This document shows, piece after piece, positions 39,466-51,294 of a DNA stretch of 64,000 bases (its first letter is position 1; each line of letters opens with the position of its first letter). Source of the stretch: Octopus sinensis (Eukaryota); the NCBI RefSeq assembly GCF_006345805.1, contig NC_042999.1, forward strand, positions 55,738,001 to 55,802,000. The letters are read 5' to 3'. The notes beneath the pieces were generated by a model. That model did no database searches. It was not told the origin of the DNA and saw only the letters and a program-made list of their open reading frames with translations. The position numbers and the translations under genes were made by a program.

Positions 39466-40859
39466 GAAAAAGTAAATAGAAATAGTGTAAGGCTTTACTC
39501 TTCTGGGAAAGTCTGTGGCTTGGTGCAGTTTCTTCAGAAAAATCACCGAAAGAAACAGTTTTTAAATTTTCACTCCATTCAGGTGCTAATTCGTGTTCTT
39601 AATCGCTGTCGGATTCACTGTTTTCACTTTAATAGCTGCCAACTTGCAAAGACAAAGGAGGAGAAAGGTGATAGCGTCAGTGAAACAATTCGCTCCCTTT
39701 GTGTGTGTGTGCGTTTGCGTGTGGTGTAAACCAGACTAAGAAAAGCGTTTGACACACACACCAGAATGTGAGTTTTCTGTAAATTTTGCTTAATTGGAGT
39801 TTAAATTTTAAAAACTGGACCTGGCATGACGCGATGCATTGTACTCTTAAAATTGCTAGGTAAATTGTAATTGAAGAAATCCTATATTGTAGATTTCTAT
39901 AACTCCCAAAGGGAGGCAGATAAAATCTGCCTTTTATAATAAGAGATAACTTGTCTGGTTACCGTTTAATACCACCTCGTATATTTCTATTATATGCAAC
40001 AGAAGCTGTGTTAGATTAAAAATCCATTTGTGTATCATACTGAATGTAAATTCTTCGCAAAAAGTAAATTTATTAGGGTGGTCGTTCGGAGATAATAACT
40101 TTTATGGACGTGCTATGTTTAAGACTACAATCATTATCAGAGGCAGACGAAAATGGTCTTTGCCGCGCTTAGAACGAATACTGCACTAAATTTGCTTTTT
40201 GTAATGTACCTGCAATAAATATTATGCACAAGTGACTATAATAATATATGTGTTCGCTTGCCATGGGCCTGCAACTGTGATGGAGTACCAATGTGAACTA
40301 AAGCGTATATGAGTATCTAAGCATATCGGACTACAGCTTTCTATGTCTGACTACAACTGGTTTCTTCCAGAGAGAGAGAGGAGGGGAGGGGGAGAGAGAA
40401 AGAGGAGACAGAGACAGAGAGAAGGGGGAAGGAAGAGACAAAGAGAAAATCGACCGGTACTTTAATTATCGACCCCGAGACAGTTAACATCTCGACAGAA
40501 TTTGAACTCAAACTACAGAGAGCCCGAATGAATATCGCAAGGAATCCTCTCTGACTCCCCCCCCCACAAACACATGCACGTACGCACACACACACGTGTG
40601 TGTGTGCGTGTGTGTGATTTTGAATCAAAAGTTTTGCAATATTTTAGTAACTTGCTATCTCTAACAAAAGTAAGGAAGGTCGAAATCACATGATCTCGTA
40701 GTCTCGGCGCTGGAGGTAGCGGCAATTTATCTCCTCGCAAGTGATATAAGTAAGTGTGTATTTTGCACCAAAAGCCAATATGAGAGTTTCTCTCATGGCA
40801 ACTACTGCAGTATAGTTTGTTCTGACAGGACATCCACGATTAAGTGGGAATAAATATTA

Positions 40860-41200
40860 CCTCACTTATTTGCTCAATTCGTCAACTTGCAACAAAAGCA
40901 GCCTAGCATTCAAAGTAGAGACCATCGTGTTGCACCGTCTAAACCCACTTTTCTGCCAATTCTTTGATCCCATGCTAATACTAGTTCTTGTCCTTCAAGG
41001 TGAAGAACTCCTTTACTGGGGCTTCCATCTCCTCGTGGTTGATGAAGCGTCGCGAGCGCAGGAAATGAGGCATAGATTGGAGTATGCGTAAGTTATAATT
41101 TGGGAGAGATATTTTTTTGAACTTATAACGTGCATAAACAGTGATTAAGCAAGGGTCAACTTTCAGAACCTGTCGTCAAACATGGCGTTTCGAACACAAT
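40860..41200 (-). pseudogene. Mariner transposase C-terminal fragment
   Basis: MPHFLRSRRFINHEEMEAPVKEFFTLKDKN..GIKELAEKW..VQHDGLYFEC; same family on + at 45294-45500. Confidence 0.75.
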
Positions 41201-41244
41201 GTGATGCTCTGCATCTGGTAGAATTATGAGGAAATAATTTAATA

Positions 41245-41490
41245 ATAATAATAATAATAATGAAATTATTGTATACAGTGCTCAGGTGCACCACAACTTG
41301 TCAGAAAGTGCATATAAAGTACATGCAGTAATGTAGAAATGTCTGGAAAGCGAACAATGTATGAGTCAGATACATGCTTGTGTGTGTATGGAGGGGAGAA
41401 AATCAAGTGTTGTGTTGGCGAATCTCAGGAAGCATGGAAGTTTTGAAGGATGCAGTGCTCCGACAACTAACAACTGATGCCGGCAGTTTG
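41245..41490 (-). mobile_element. CR1/L2-type LINE 3' end fragment
   Basis: NKLPASVVSCRSTASFKTSMLPEIRQHNT* and (TTA)n tail. Confidence 0.7.
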
Positions 41491-41706
41491 TTCCTACGAG
41501 TTCGTTTCGGACAATCGAACTGTCGATGCCAACCTACACTCCAAACAGCTAAAGCGGATGTATGCCATTTTGCAGCAAAAATATCCGGCACTGGATACCA
41601 AAAGAGAGATCTGCTGCATGACAGCGCAGAACCTCATACCACTCGAACAACCGTAGTAAACTACAGGAATTTGAGGGAGTCGTAATGAGGCCAAACTCAG
41701 TTTACA

Positions 41707-41745
41707 GGCGCAGGAGTGGTTGTGTGGTAAGTAGCTTTGCTAACC
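41707..41745 (+). mobile_element. 5' head of a tRNA-derived SINE, split by insertions; the remainder resumes at 44599
   Basis: GGCGCAGGAGTGGTTGTGTGGTAAGTAGCTTTGCTAACC; the B box and body (AACCACATGGTTCTGGGTTCAGTCCCACTGCGTGGCACC) follow 44612. Confidence 0.85.
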
Positions 41746-43802
41746 TTCGTCTGAGTTAGACGTGTTATTTCGCTGCTCCGGATGCCACGTTGTTTCAACG
41801 TGAACTATTGAACATTTGACTCGACTACAGGTAGGCGTTTTGTATTTTTGGGAGCGAAGTGAAGTTTATTGCTTGCATTTAATGTTTTTTAGCATTAAAT
41901 ATTTTTTTAGCAGATAATAAGGCTCCACTTTGCTCCGGATATAATTTTTCTGCCTGTTGTCGAGTGTAAAGAAAATTGTGTTTTTGAGGCGGCATAGTCC
42001 GTCTGCAAAAATTATTTTTGAAATTGTCGTTGTGTTATCCACGGGATTTACCAAGGATTATTTTACCAAGGTGTTTCACCAACAGTGTATTTGGCCTGGA
42101 ATACAATTTTTGGCCGAAAAAGTGAACAAAAAAAAAGAGAAAAATTAATTCCTTTGTCTGAATTTGAACTCTCTTTCTCCGTCTATCATTCATTTGTAAA
42201 AAAAAAAAAAGAACTTTTTTTGAACTGCCATTTTAATTTTATTTCTTCCCTTCTGTTGCTTTTTTCATTCTCCTTTCTGTGTCTAATTTATTTTGTAACA
42301 TTTTGAACTGTTTTTCTTACGTTATGGCAAGGAATTTCACTGTGTGGGAATTGACACCTCCCAAAAAGTACTTAAAGGAGCTCGAGGACAGAACCGTGGT
42401 GTTGAGGACATATTCGAGGTCGCTCGATACCATAATGGTTTTCCCAAAAGCCACCATTATGAACGAGCTGGCAGATTATATGCCAGCCGTTAAATATATT
42501 CAACGGGGAGCCAAATACGCAACGATTTGGTTGCTATTTGACTCCCCTAAAGCAGCTTGCGATTTCGCGAGTAAGCCCATTGAGGGCGAAGAGATTCTGT
42601 TTCTCCCAAGCTATAGGGGGAAAAAATTGATACGATTATGGGTCTGCGGCCTGTCGCCCGGCTTTGAGCCCGAGTGGGTGGAAGATTCTATCCGACGGGG
42701 TCTGAGTGGTGGTAGTGCCAAGATCCTGAACGTGAGAGTGCAGCCAGCGGCCGATTGGGAAGGGTCAAAGGCTACTTTGACTCTGTGGACTCAGTCGGCC
42801 AAGAGTTTGGTTTTGCCGGACTTCTTGAGGATGGCCGGGTCCAAGTATCCGGTGATACTGGAGGGAGCCCCCCCCCCAAGTGTCACCTGTGTTCGGAGAC
42901 CGGCCACATTAAGAACTGCCCCAGGGACCAGAGCAGGATCCTGGAGAAGTTAATATCAGAGCCTCTCCCTGCCCCACCAATGGAGGGAGAGAAACAAAGT
43001 GAGGAAGCGGCAACTTCCTCAACAAAAAGAAAAAGAAAAGTGGGGAGCAATGGTGACCCACCAAAAGAACCGGAGGCTGCGGAAGAAAAAGAGGACCCGG
43101 TGCGTACAACACCGGAACCTCAACCTCCCGAGGCCCAGCGTAAAAAGAAAAATCAAAAGAGGAACGGGACGCCACCAGCGGACTGTAACACCCAGATGGC
43201 GTCTCCCATGTGTCCTCCGGCGATTGTGATGCCGGAGAAATTTTATGTAGTCCTCTTCCATAAAGGAGGCACTGTAGAAAACGAAATAGGTAAGATGAGG
43301 AAGAGAAACCAATGGGAGGGACTTCGGTCCTGCATGGAGTATCCCGAGTGGCCTTCGCAGCTGGCTGCGGAGGTCCTACTCGAAAATGATATGTGCAGGA
43401 TCGAGAATTCTTTCCCGGAGGATCTCTTGCAAGTCATACCTGTATGCGGAAGCCTGACGATGGACGATTGCGTCATTAAAGCAAGAGAGTTCATCGGTCG
43501 GGTAACGTAAAATTGTAATTGTGTTACATTGTGACAGAGGTTTATTGCCTCTGAAGAGACTTTTAAAAGTGTAAATTGTAAATTGAAATTTTTGTGAAAA
43601 TTGTTTGAATTTTTGTAATTTTTGAAATTTTGTAAATTATTGAAAAAAAGAAGAACATTGTTTTAGAGAAGCAAAAGTCGGCGGGCGCTTTCTGACTTCT
43701 CCCATCACCATCTTCATCAACCACCACCATCATCCATTAATGTCCTTGTCCAGCCCGTAGCTACTCTGTGTGCTGCCCTAGTGGCAAATTAAATGAAATA
43801 AA
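41746..43802 (+). mobile_element. ORF1-only non-LTR-like retroelement (Tx1/L1-type gag), TSD-flanked
   Basis: 5'UTR, one gag-like ORF, AT-rich spacer and 3' tail ending AATAAA. Bounded by GTAGCTT(T)GCT(T/A)ACC at 41731-41745 and 43803-43816. No APE/RT ORF. Confidence 0.75.
42324..43510 (+). CDS. Gag-like ORF1 (~395 aa) with CCHC zinc knuckle; one frameshift in a C10 run at 42868-42877
   Basis: MARNFTVW...FLPSYRGKKLIRLWV...PVILEGAPP / KCHLCSETGHIKNCPR...KAREFIGRVT*. The two overlapping track ORFs join at the homopolymer. Confidence 0.7.
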
Positions 43803-43816
43803 GTAGCTTGCTTACC

Positions 43817-44598
43817 TGAAAGCTGCGGGAGAGGAGAACCCGGTGCGCACAGCTCCGGAACCTCAGCCTCCCGTGGCCCAGGGCAAGAAGAAAAAGAAAA
43901 AAAAGAGAAACGGAGCGTCGCCAGCGGATTGCTACACGCAGACGGCGGTTCCCGAGTATCCCGGGTCCTCTCAGGCGGGTGTGCCGCCTGAGGGACAATT
44001 CGTGGAAGATTTTGTGCTCCTCTTTTCTAAAGGAGAAAAGGTGGAAAGCACCGTAAGAAAAGTGAGAAAGAAAGGACGTTGGGAGATACTCCGAACCTGT
44101 ACGGAGAACCCCGAGTGGCCTTCGCAGTTGGCTGCGGAGGTCGTGAGAAGGGCTGATCTACACGGGATCGTGGGTTCCTTCCCAGCGGACTCCTTCGAGA
44201 TTATACCTCTGGACACTGACCTGACCAGCGAGTATTGCCTCAATGAGGCAAGAGCGATGGTCGGCCGTGTCACATAGGTTGTGTAACATCTTTGTAACAT
44301 GTGGAAGAGGAGGTTCATTGCCTCCTCTAAAATTTGTAAAATTTGTAATTGAATGTTAATTTTAACATTTTTGTAACAGGTTGAAGAGAAGGTTCATTGC
44401 CTACTCTAAAATTTGTAATTTGTAATCATTGTATTAAATGTAATTATTGAACATTGTTTTAGAGAAGCGAGAGTCGGCGGGCGCTTTTTGACTTCTCCCA
44501 TCACCATCTTCATATACCACCACCATCATCCATTAATGTCCTTGTCCAGCCCGTTGCTACTCTGTGTGCTGCCCTAGTGGCAAAATTGTTGAAATAAA
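43817..44598 (+). mobile_element. Second, 5'-truncated and diverged copy inserted at the same site
   Basis: Open frame to 44277 homologous to 43075-43510; 3' ~150 bp near-identical to 43665-43802; followed by a third copy of the 14-mer at 44599-44612. Confidence 0.8.
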
Positions 44599-44984
44599 GT
44601 AGCTTGCTTACCAACCACATGGTTCTGGGTTCAGTCCCACTGCGTGGCACCTTGGGCAAGTGTCTTCTACTATAGCTTCGGGCCGCCCAAAGCCTTGTGA
44701 GTGGATTTGGTAGACGGAAACTGAAAGAAGTCCGTCGTATATATATGTATATGTGTGTGTGTGTGTGTTTGTGTGTTTGTGCTTGTCCCCTTAGCATTAC
44801 TTGACAACCGATGCTGGTGTGTTTACGTCCCCGTCACTTAGCGGTTCGGCAAAAGGGACCGATAGAATAAGTACAAGGCTTACAAAGAATAAGTCCCAGG
44901 GTCGATTTGCTCGAGTAAAGGCGGTGCTCCAGCATGGCCGCAGTCAAATGACTGAAACAAGTAAAAGAGTAAAAGAGTAAAAGA

Positions 44985-45025
<41 letters not shown>

Positions 45026-45250
45026 TGTGTGTATATGTTTGTGTGTGTGTGTCCCCAACATCGCTTGACAACCGATGCTGGTGTGTTTACGTCCCCGTAA
45101 CATAGTGGATCGGCAAAAGAGACTGATAGAATAAGTACTAGGCTTACAAAGAATAAGTCCTGGGGTCGACTTGCTTGACTAAAGGTGGTGCTCCAGCATG
45201 GCCGCAGTCAAAATGACTGAAACAAGTAAAAGAGTAAAGAGTAAAGAGTT
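44599..45250 (+). mobile_element. Remainder of the split SINE plus a duplicated 3' module
   Basis: SINE body to ~44740; modules ACAACCGATGCTGGTGTGTTTACGTCCCCG..AAAAGAGTAAAAGAG at 44805-44985 and 45065-45250. Confidence 0.75.
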
Positions 45251-45293
45251 ACAATCCGGACCCAGCTCCCTCGGAATATTACTTGTTTCGATC

Positions 45294-45500
45294 GATGGTT
45301 CACTTCCTGCGCTCGCGATGCTTCAGCAACCAAGATGAGATGGAAGCTTTATTGAAGGAATTCTTCGCCTGAAAGGAGAAAAAACTAGTATCAGCGTGGA
45401 ATCAAAGAACCGGAAGGAATGTGGTTTTAGACGGTACAACACGATGACTTCTACTTTAAATGCTAAGCAGCTTTTGTTGGAACTTAAAGAATAAATCAAA
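45294..45500 (+). pseudogene. Mariner transposase C-terminal fragment
   Basis: MVHFLRSRCFSNQDEMEALLKEFFA*KEKN*YQRGIKE..VQHDDFYFKC. Confidence 0.7.
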
Positions 45501-45630
45501 TGAGTTCCAAGATATTGCAACCGCCCCTCTCCGCGCCACCAGTGTTATCCAAGGGAAAGACAAAGGTCGATACAGCTTGGCACCAGTGACGTCGCAACCA
45601 CTGAGCCATGCGCCTTCACATATATGCGTC

Positions 45631-45723
<93 letters not shown>

Positions 45724-46202
45724 GTGTATATATATATGAGTACTCAGCATCTTAAATCTGTTGTAATACTTACAACATTTAATGAAATGATGTAGTACGA
45801 AACGATCGTACCAAATTACCGGCGTCATTCTTGTTGCTTATTTTGATTATAATCACCCCACGGATTTTCATGGATAACACCATACAAAATTCTGGTGCAT
45901 CTAAATTAAGTACCACATTCATTTGAATCTAAATTTTTGCTGAACTTATATATATATATATATACCAACCTCCCCTCTCCACGCCACCAGTGTTATCCAA
46001 GGGAAAGACAAAGGTCGATACAGCTTGGCACCAGTGACGTCGCAACTCATTTCTACAGCTGAGTGAACTAGAGCAACGTGAAATAAAGTGCCTTGCTCAA
46101 GAACACAACACGCAGCCCGGTCCGGGATTCGAGCTCACAACCTCACGATCGTAAGCTCGACGCTCTTACCACTGAGCCATGCGCCTTCACATATATGCGT
46201 CT

Positions 46203-46287
<85 letters not shown>

Positions 46288-46299
46288 CGCATATATGTG

Positions 46300-46640
46300 A
46301 AGGCGCATGGCTCAGTGGTTAGAGCGTCGAGCTTACGATCGTGAGGTTGTGAGCTCGAATCCCGGACCGGGCTGCGTGTTGTGTTCTTGAGCAAGGCACT
46401 TTATTTCACGTTGCTCCAGTTCACTCAGCTATAGAAATGAGTTGCGACGTCACTGGTGCCAAGCTGTATCGACCTTTGTCTTTCCCTTGGATAACACTGG
46501 TGGCGTGGAGAGGGGAGGCTGGTATGCATGGGCGACTGCTGGTCTTCCATAAACAACCTTGCCCGGACTTGTGTCTAGGAGGGTAACTTTCTAGGTGCAA
46601 TCCCATGGTCATTCATGACCGAAGGGGGTCTTTACCCTTT
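46300..46640 (+). mobile_element. tRNA-derived SINE whose 5' part is duplicated in inverted orientation at 45964-46206
   Basis: Head GGCGCATGGCTCAGTGGTTAGAGCG...GAGCTCGAATCCC. Confidence 0.8.
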
Positions 46641-46689
46641 ATGTATATATGTGTGTGTGTGTGTATTTTGTTAGGAAATTATAAATTAT

Positions 46690-48330
46690 AATGATTTTTA
46701 TTACAGCCACAAGGGCCTAACACAGAGGGGACAATACAAAGACAGACAGGACAGCATAGTGGGGACAAAAACCTAAAACGAATGTAAAATGAAAAATGGT
46801 AATACGTACAATGAAATCGATGAAGATGAAATGGCTGCATGTGCCCCACTCACATGCAGCACCATTTAAACGTTCTTACTGTCCGTTTTATAATCCATGT
46901 TTTTAGTCTCTTTGAATCTTTTGTTTTACTCTTTTGGTTTTTTTTTTTTTTTCATAAACACAAGTTACTCTCTCTCTTCTTTTAAATTCCTTTAATATAC
47001 GGTTCTTAATTCACTGATGATAGTTCTGTCGAACTCTACCAGCAAAGTTGGTGGTTCGAGTCTGCATTTTTTCTTTCCACCTGCTGTATCTTTCTTTGTC
47101 TATTAGAATCACCTTCACACTCTCAGCGTAACTGTCCTTTGGCAACTTCACCCTTATGACCGATTTCATCTTGCTTAATCATCTTTTCCGTGCATACATT
47201 TTGTGTCGTATTTTACAAAACACCAATTGTACTTTCTCCGTTCTTGCTCACTGTGTTCTGCTCTTGGCGTCACTCTACCCATTTCAGTCGCTGTCGCTTC
47301 TTCCTCTCGCTGCTGTTCTACTTCATGGGTTAAACGACCCTCCAGTCTGCCTGCTTCCACCTGTTCCTCCTCCATAACTTCCTTCTCAACCTCCTTTTCC
47401 ACCTCTCTCTCAACCTCCTTTTCAACCTCCTTTACAACTGCTTCCTCTATCACCTTTATTCCATTTTTCTTTTTCTGTCTCTCGGACGGAGAGCCCTTTC
47501 TTTTTCTTTTTTTTAACAACTTCGAATCCCTCATCTGCCTCTTTCTCCTCCTCCTGTACCCCATCATTCACTTTCTCCTGCTCCTCCGACTGTTCTATTT
47601 CTTGTTCTCTTTCTTCTCTCTGGAGGCACCTCGCCTTCATGTGGCCTTTCTCGCCACACAAATAACATCTGGGAGGCCTGCCCTCCGCCACTACTCTCAA
47701 TCTCACATCTTCTGGCAGAATTATTTCTTCTGGGATCCTGATCCTATCACTATCAGTTGCCTGAAGTGACATCTCGATCCCGTATCCCCATCAATACACC
47801 TTTCTCGTTCTTGTCACTCTTAGCATCCTGGCATTTTCTTCCATATTGTGTAATATCGCTGCAACCAGCAATGTTTCCTCTAATTCTGATGGTATTTTTC
47901 CTATCCTCACTCGAAAAACTCTTCTGCCGCAGTAAGTTGGTAGGAAAACCCACTCTTCCGATTTTGTGGCATCAGTGGAGTGCAATACCGCTTCGACGTC
48001 GCTATGAAAACGCACCTCCACTGTGCCATATTTTCTTCCTCTTGTTATAAATGTCGTCTTCTTTTAATTACTTGTAATCTCTTCTCAATTTCTTCAATTG
48101 GTGCTATTTCAATTTTCTTCGACGATACTTTCAGAGTTTTATAAATAATGGTTTTTCTCTTTACACCATATATTAAATCGAGTGGAGACTTCAATTTTAG
48201 ATTGTGGCCTTCTCTTTCTAAAAGGTTGCCGCATTCCATCAACCTTTCCGACTCGATTTTCACCTTTCGTACTTCCAAATCCTGGACTGCAACACCTTTC
48301 CAGTTGCATCCACATAACTGTGGCTCTTGG
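46690..48330 (-). mobile_element. Decayed ORF1-only gag-like retroelement, distant relative of 41746-43802
   Basis: Frameshifted pieces: FLPTYCGRRVFRVRIG (cf. FLPSYRGKKLIRLWV), VVAEGRPPRCYLCGEKGHMKARC (CCHC), charged linker; 3' tail GTCCCCTCTGTGTTAGGCCCTTGTGGCTGTAATAAA; no RT seen. Confidence 0.75.
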
Positions 48331-48335
48331 CTGGT

Positions 48336-49080
48336 TCAGTTTGCGTAGCCCTTCTCGTTGGTTCTTCCATAACGCTCGGAGTTTACAGTAACAACATTTC
48401 CATTATTGTCTTCAAAAATGTAAGGACCAATGATGGCAGCTTTTCCCCCAGCACACCAGACCGTCACTTTTGGGCCGTGCAGTGGTCTTTCGTGTAGTTC
48501 TCTCGAATTTTCAAGTGCCCAATAACGACAGTTCTGTCGATTCAGCATGCCACTGAGAAGAAAATGAGCTTCATCACTCATTAACATTTGCCTCAAAAAT
48601 TACTTCCATCTGACGTGCGAAGTTAAGCCGCTCTACATAGTCCCATGGTTACAACTGTTGCCCAATGACCTATTTGTATAGGTGGAAATGCAGGTCTTCA
48701 TGCAAAATACGCCGATTACAGATGCCAAGTTCAGTGGAATTCCTCCGAGCAGAGCGATTAGGATTCCGCATCAAAGCTTATCTGACGCGTTCCACATTTT
48801 TCGGGGTCCGTACCGTTCGTGGCGACCCAACCAGTTTCCTATTCATTAGTGTACCTCGTGTACGAAGTGCATTCATCCAACGTAAGATTGTGTTACAGGT
48901 AAGAACAGCCTGATTTCGGTGAATGTTGAAGTAGCGCCTAAACTCACGCTGAACTGCTGTGACAGACTCGTTATTCTTCACGTAGCAATCATAGACAAAC
49001 ACACGATGCTCTATCGTTCTCAACGCCATGGCCTCTGAAAAGAAAAAAAATGCTAAGACACTATGGACCTAATGGTACCT
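48336..49080 (-). pseudogene. Tc1/mariner-superfamily transposase remnant (DUF4817-like HTH plus DDE start)
   Basis: EHRVFVYDCYVKNNESVTAVQREFRRYF..GSPRTVRTPKNVERVR; MSDEAHFLLSGMLNRQNCRYWA..LHGPKVTVWC..IIGPYIFED. Confidence 0.85.
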
Positions 49081-49836
49081 GTCAGACATATATCCCTCCC
49101 CTTGGGGCTGAATAATAGCTGGGTATGGTAATAAATATTGTCAAGATTTTATGAGTAGTATTAAGTAACTGTCTATAAAGGAGGCTAGGTAGGGGAAGAC
49201 CCCAAATCAAGGTGTTAATTACTAGTTAAAGGGGCAAGACGCTAATAAAACCTGTAATGTTAATACAGAGGAAATTTTATCATAAGGTACTATGGGTGAT
49301 TACTTATAAAACAATATTGTTATGTTGTATAAAGATAAAATTTAAGATTATCAAAAATGATATAGCCAAAATAGATAAAATGTATATATATTCCAATTTT
49401 TAACATTAGAAAGGAAAGATTACATAGAATTAGTTTAATATTCATTCATGTACTTAATTATTTACTTATTAGGTGGTTTCTAAAAAGACTGCTCTGGGTA
49501 TTTACTTATGGAATACTGGGGCGATAAACCATGCTATCTATATATTAATTATAAGCTAAGAATTAGAAAAAAATCGGAAAAAATAAAAGTTGTATACAGA
49601 TACACACACATATATTTATCTATATGCACACATGCAAAAATACACAAATATTTATACGTTATTATGGATATGTTATAATCAACTCTCATAGACTTGAGTA
49701 ACTAGAAAGTTCATATCTCTATTTAAGAACAGTAACAACTTATAAGGGATAAGTGTTTAATAGATAAGAGGTTAATAGATAAAGATATCAAAATAAGAAA
49801 ACAAAATAAGAAATTATAGAGAATAGTAAGAAAATA

Positions 49837-50260
49837 TATTGGGTTGGCAACTAAGTTCCCGCCGTTTTTTTTATATTTTGGAATTTATTGCGTTTTTAAA
49901 TTTTGAAATCTATTTTTTTCGAGAATTCCATTTTTGAATCATTTTGAAATCGTTTCTTTCTTTTCTCTAGTTAATTTTAGATAATTTTTGATTATTTTCA
50001 GATCATTAAAATGGAATGTCAAGTTAAGAAAAACGAGCATTTTCGATACCTCCTTTTTGCTTTTAATCAAGGTTCTAAGGCCGCAAAGCTGCTCGCGACA
50101 TTTGCGCTGTGTATGGAGAGGGAGCCATAGCTGAAAGAACCGCTCGTGATTGCTATGCCAAATTCAAAAATGGAAATTTTGACCTCAAAGACGCACCTCG
50201 TTCTGGTCGTCCAGTTGAGTTCGATGAAGAGCGATTAAACCAGGAGAACCTAGTCATGGC
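49837..50260 (+). mobile_element. Mariner 5' end (TIR plus HTH N-terminus)
   Basis: TA-TTGGGTTGGCAACTAAG TIR; MECQVKKNEHFRYLL..YGEGAIAERTARDCYAKFKNGNFDLKDAPRSGRP. Confidence 0.8.
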
Positions 50261-50261
50261 T

Positions 50262-50642
50262 GTCAAACAATTTCTGCGACCACATCACTCTTAACATCCG
50301 GCCACCTAACTTCCCAGACTGCAATCCCCTTGATTATTATGTGTGGGGCGCAGTTGAGCGAGAGACCAACAAAACTTGTAACACCAAAGATGAACTGAAG
50401 GCAAGGATTATGGTAACATTCACCAACTTAAACAAGGAGACCGCCCAGAAGAGTTGCAGGAGATTCCGAAGTCATCTAGAAGCCGTGGTTGAAGACAATG
50501 GCGATTTTATTGAATAAATTTACTCTTTAGTATTCAAGATATTTTTATGTAACTTTGGTAAATATATCTGTTAAAATGAGATGTCAGAGTTATTTTCCTT
50601 TTTGCGTAATTTAGACGACAGTTTATTCACCGCACCCTGTAT
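50262..50642 (+). mobile_element. Tc1/maT-like 3' end (C-terminus plus TIR)
   Basis: PPNFPDCNPLDYYVWGAVERETN..NTKDELKARI..CRRFRSHLEAVVEDNGDFIE*; ends ..CACCGCACCCTG-TA. Confidence 0.75.
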
Positions 50643-50684
50643 ATATATGTATATGTCTTTCTCTCTCTTTCTCTCTCTGTCTCT

Positions 50685-50893
<209 letters not shown>

Positions 50894-51234
50894 CTCCTTC
50901 TTCCATTTTCCTGAGCGTCTAATAATAATAATACTGTAATTGTTCCACGTGTTGTTGTTTTTTCTGTTTTCCCGTTTGGATTAACCTTATATATATATAT
51001 ATATATATACTACTAATATAGGATGAAGTTTTTTTTCTCTACAGAAAAGAATTCCATCAAGAAATGTGGCAGCATATTAAAATACCTTTACGGTTAAAAT
51101 TATAAACAACTTATAAGAAAGGGCTAAAGAAAAATTATTTCAAAGCCAATATGCTGATTTTCCACATATAATCTACACGCAAGATTGAATTGAAGTCGGG
51201 CAAGCTAACCTTTAGAACATTTAAATTTCGTTAT

Positions 51235-51294
51235 CTCTATATTGAATCAATTTCGGAATTAATCTCATAAAAGATTTATTCGTCTTCAGTAGAG
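51235..51294 (-). ncRNA. Hammerhead-like motif (inverted copy at 51810-51869, +)
   Basis: CTCTA-CTGAAGA-C-GAAT..ATCT..AGAT..ATTC-C-GAA-ATTG-ATT-CAAT-A-TAGAG; C.C mismatch closes stem II. Confidence 0.5.

Larger units (their letters stand above)
38672..39946 (-). mobile_element. Chimeric Helitron carrying a piggyBac fragment
   Basis: The 5' ~250 bp (39700-39946) duplicate 38428-38671; the 3' end (38672-38945) belongs to the small-Helitron family. Confidence 0.75.
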
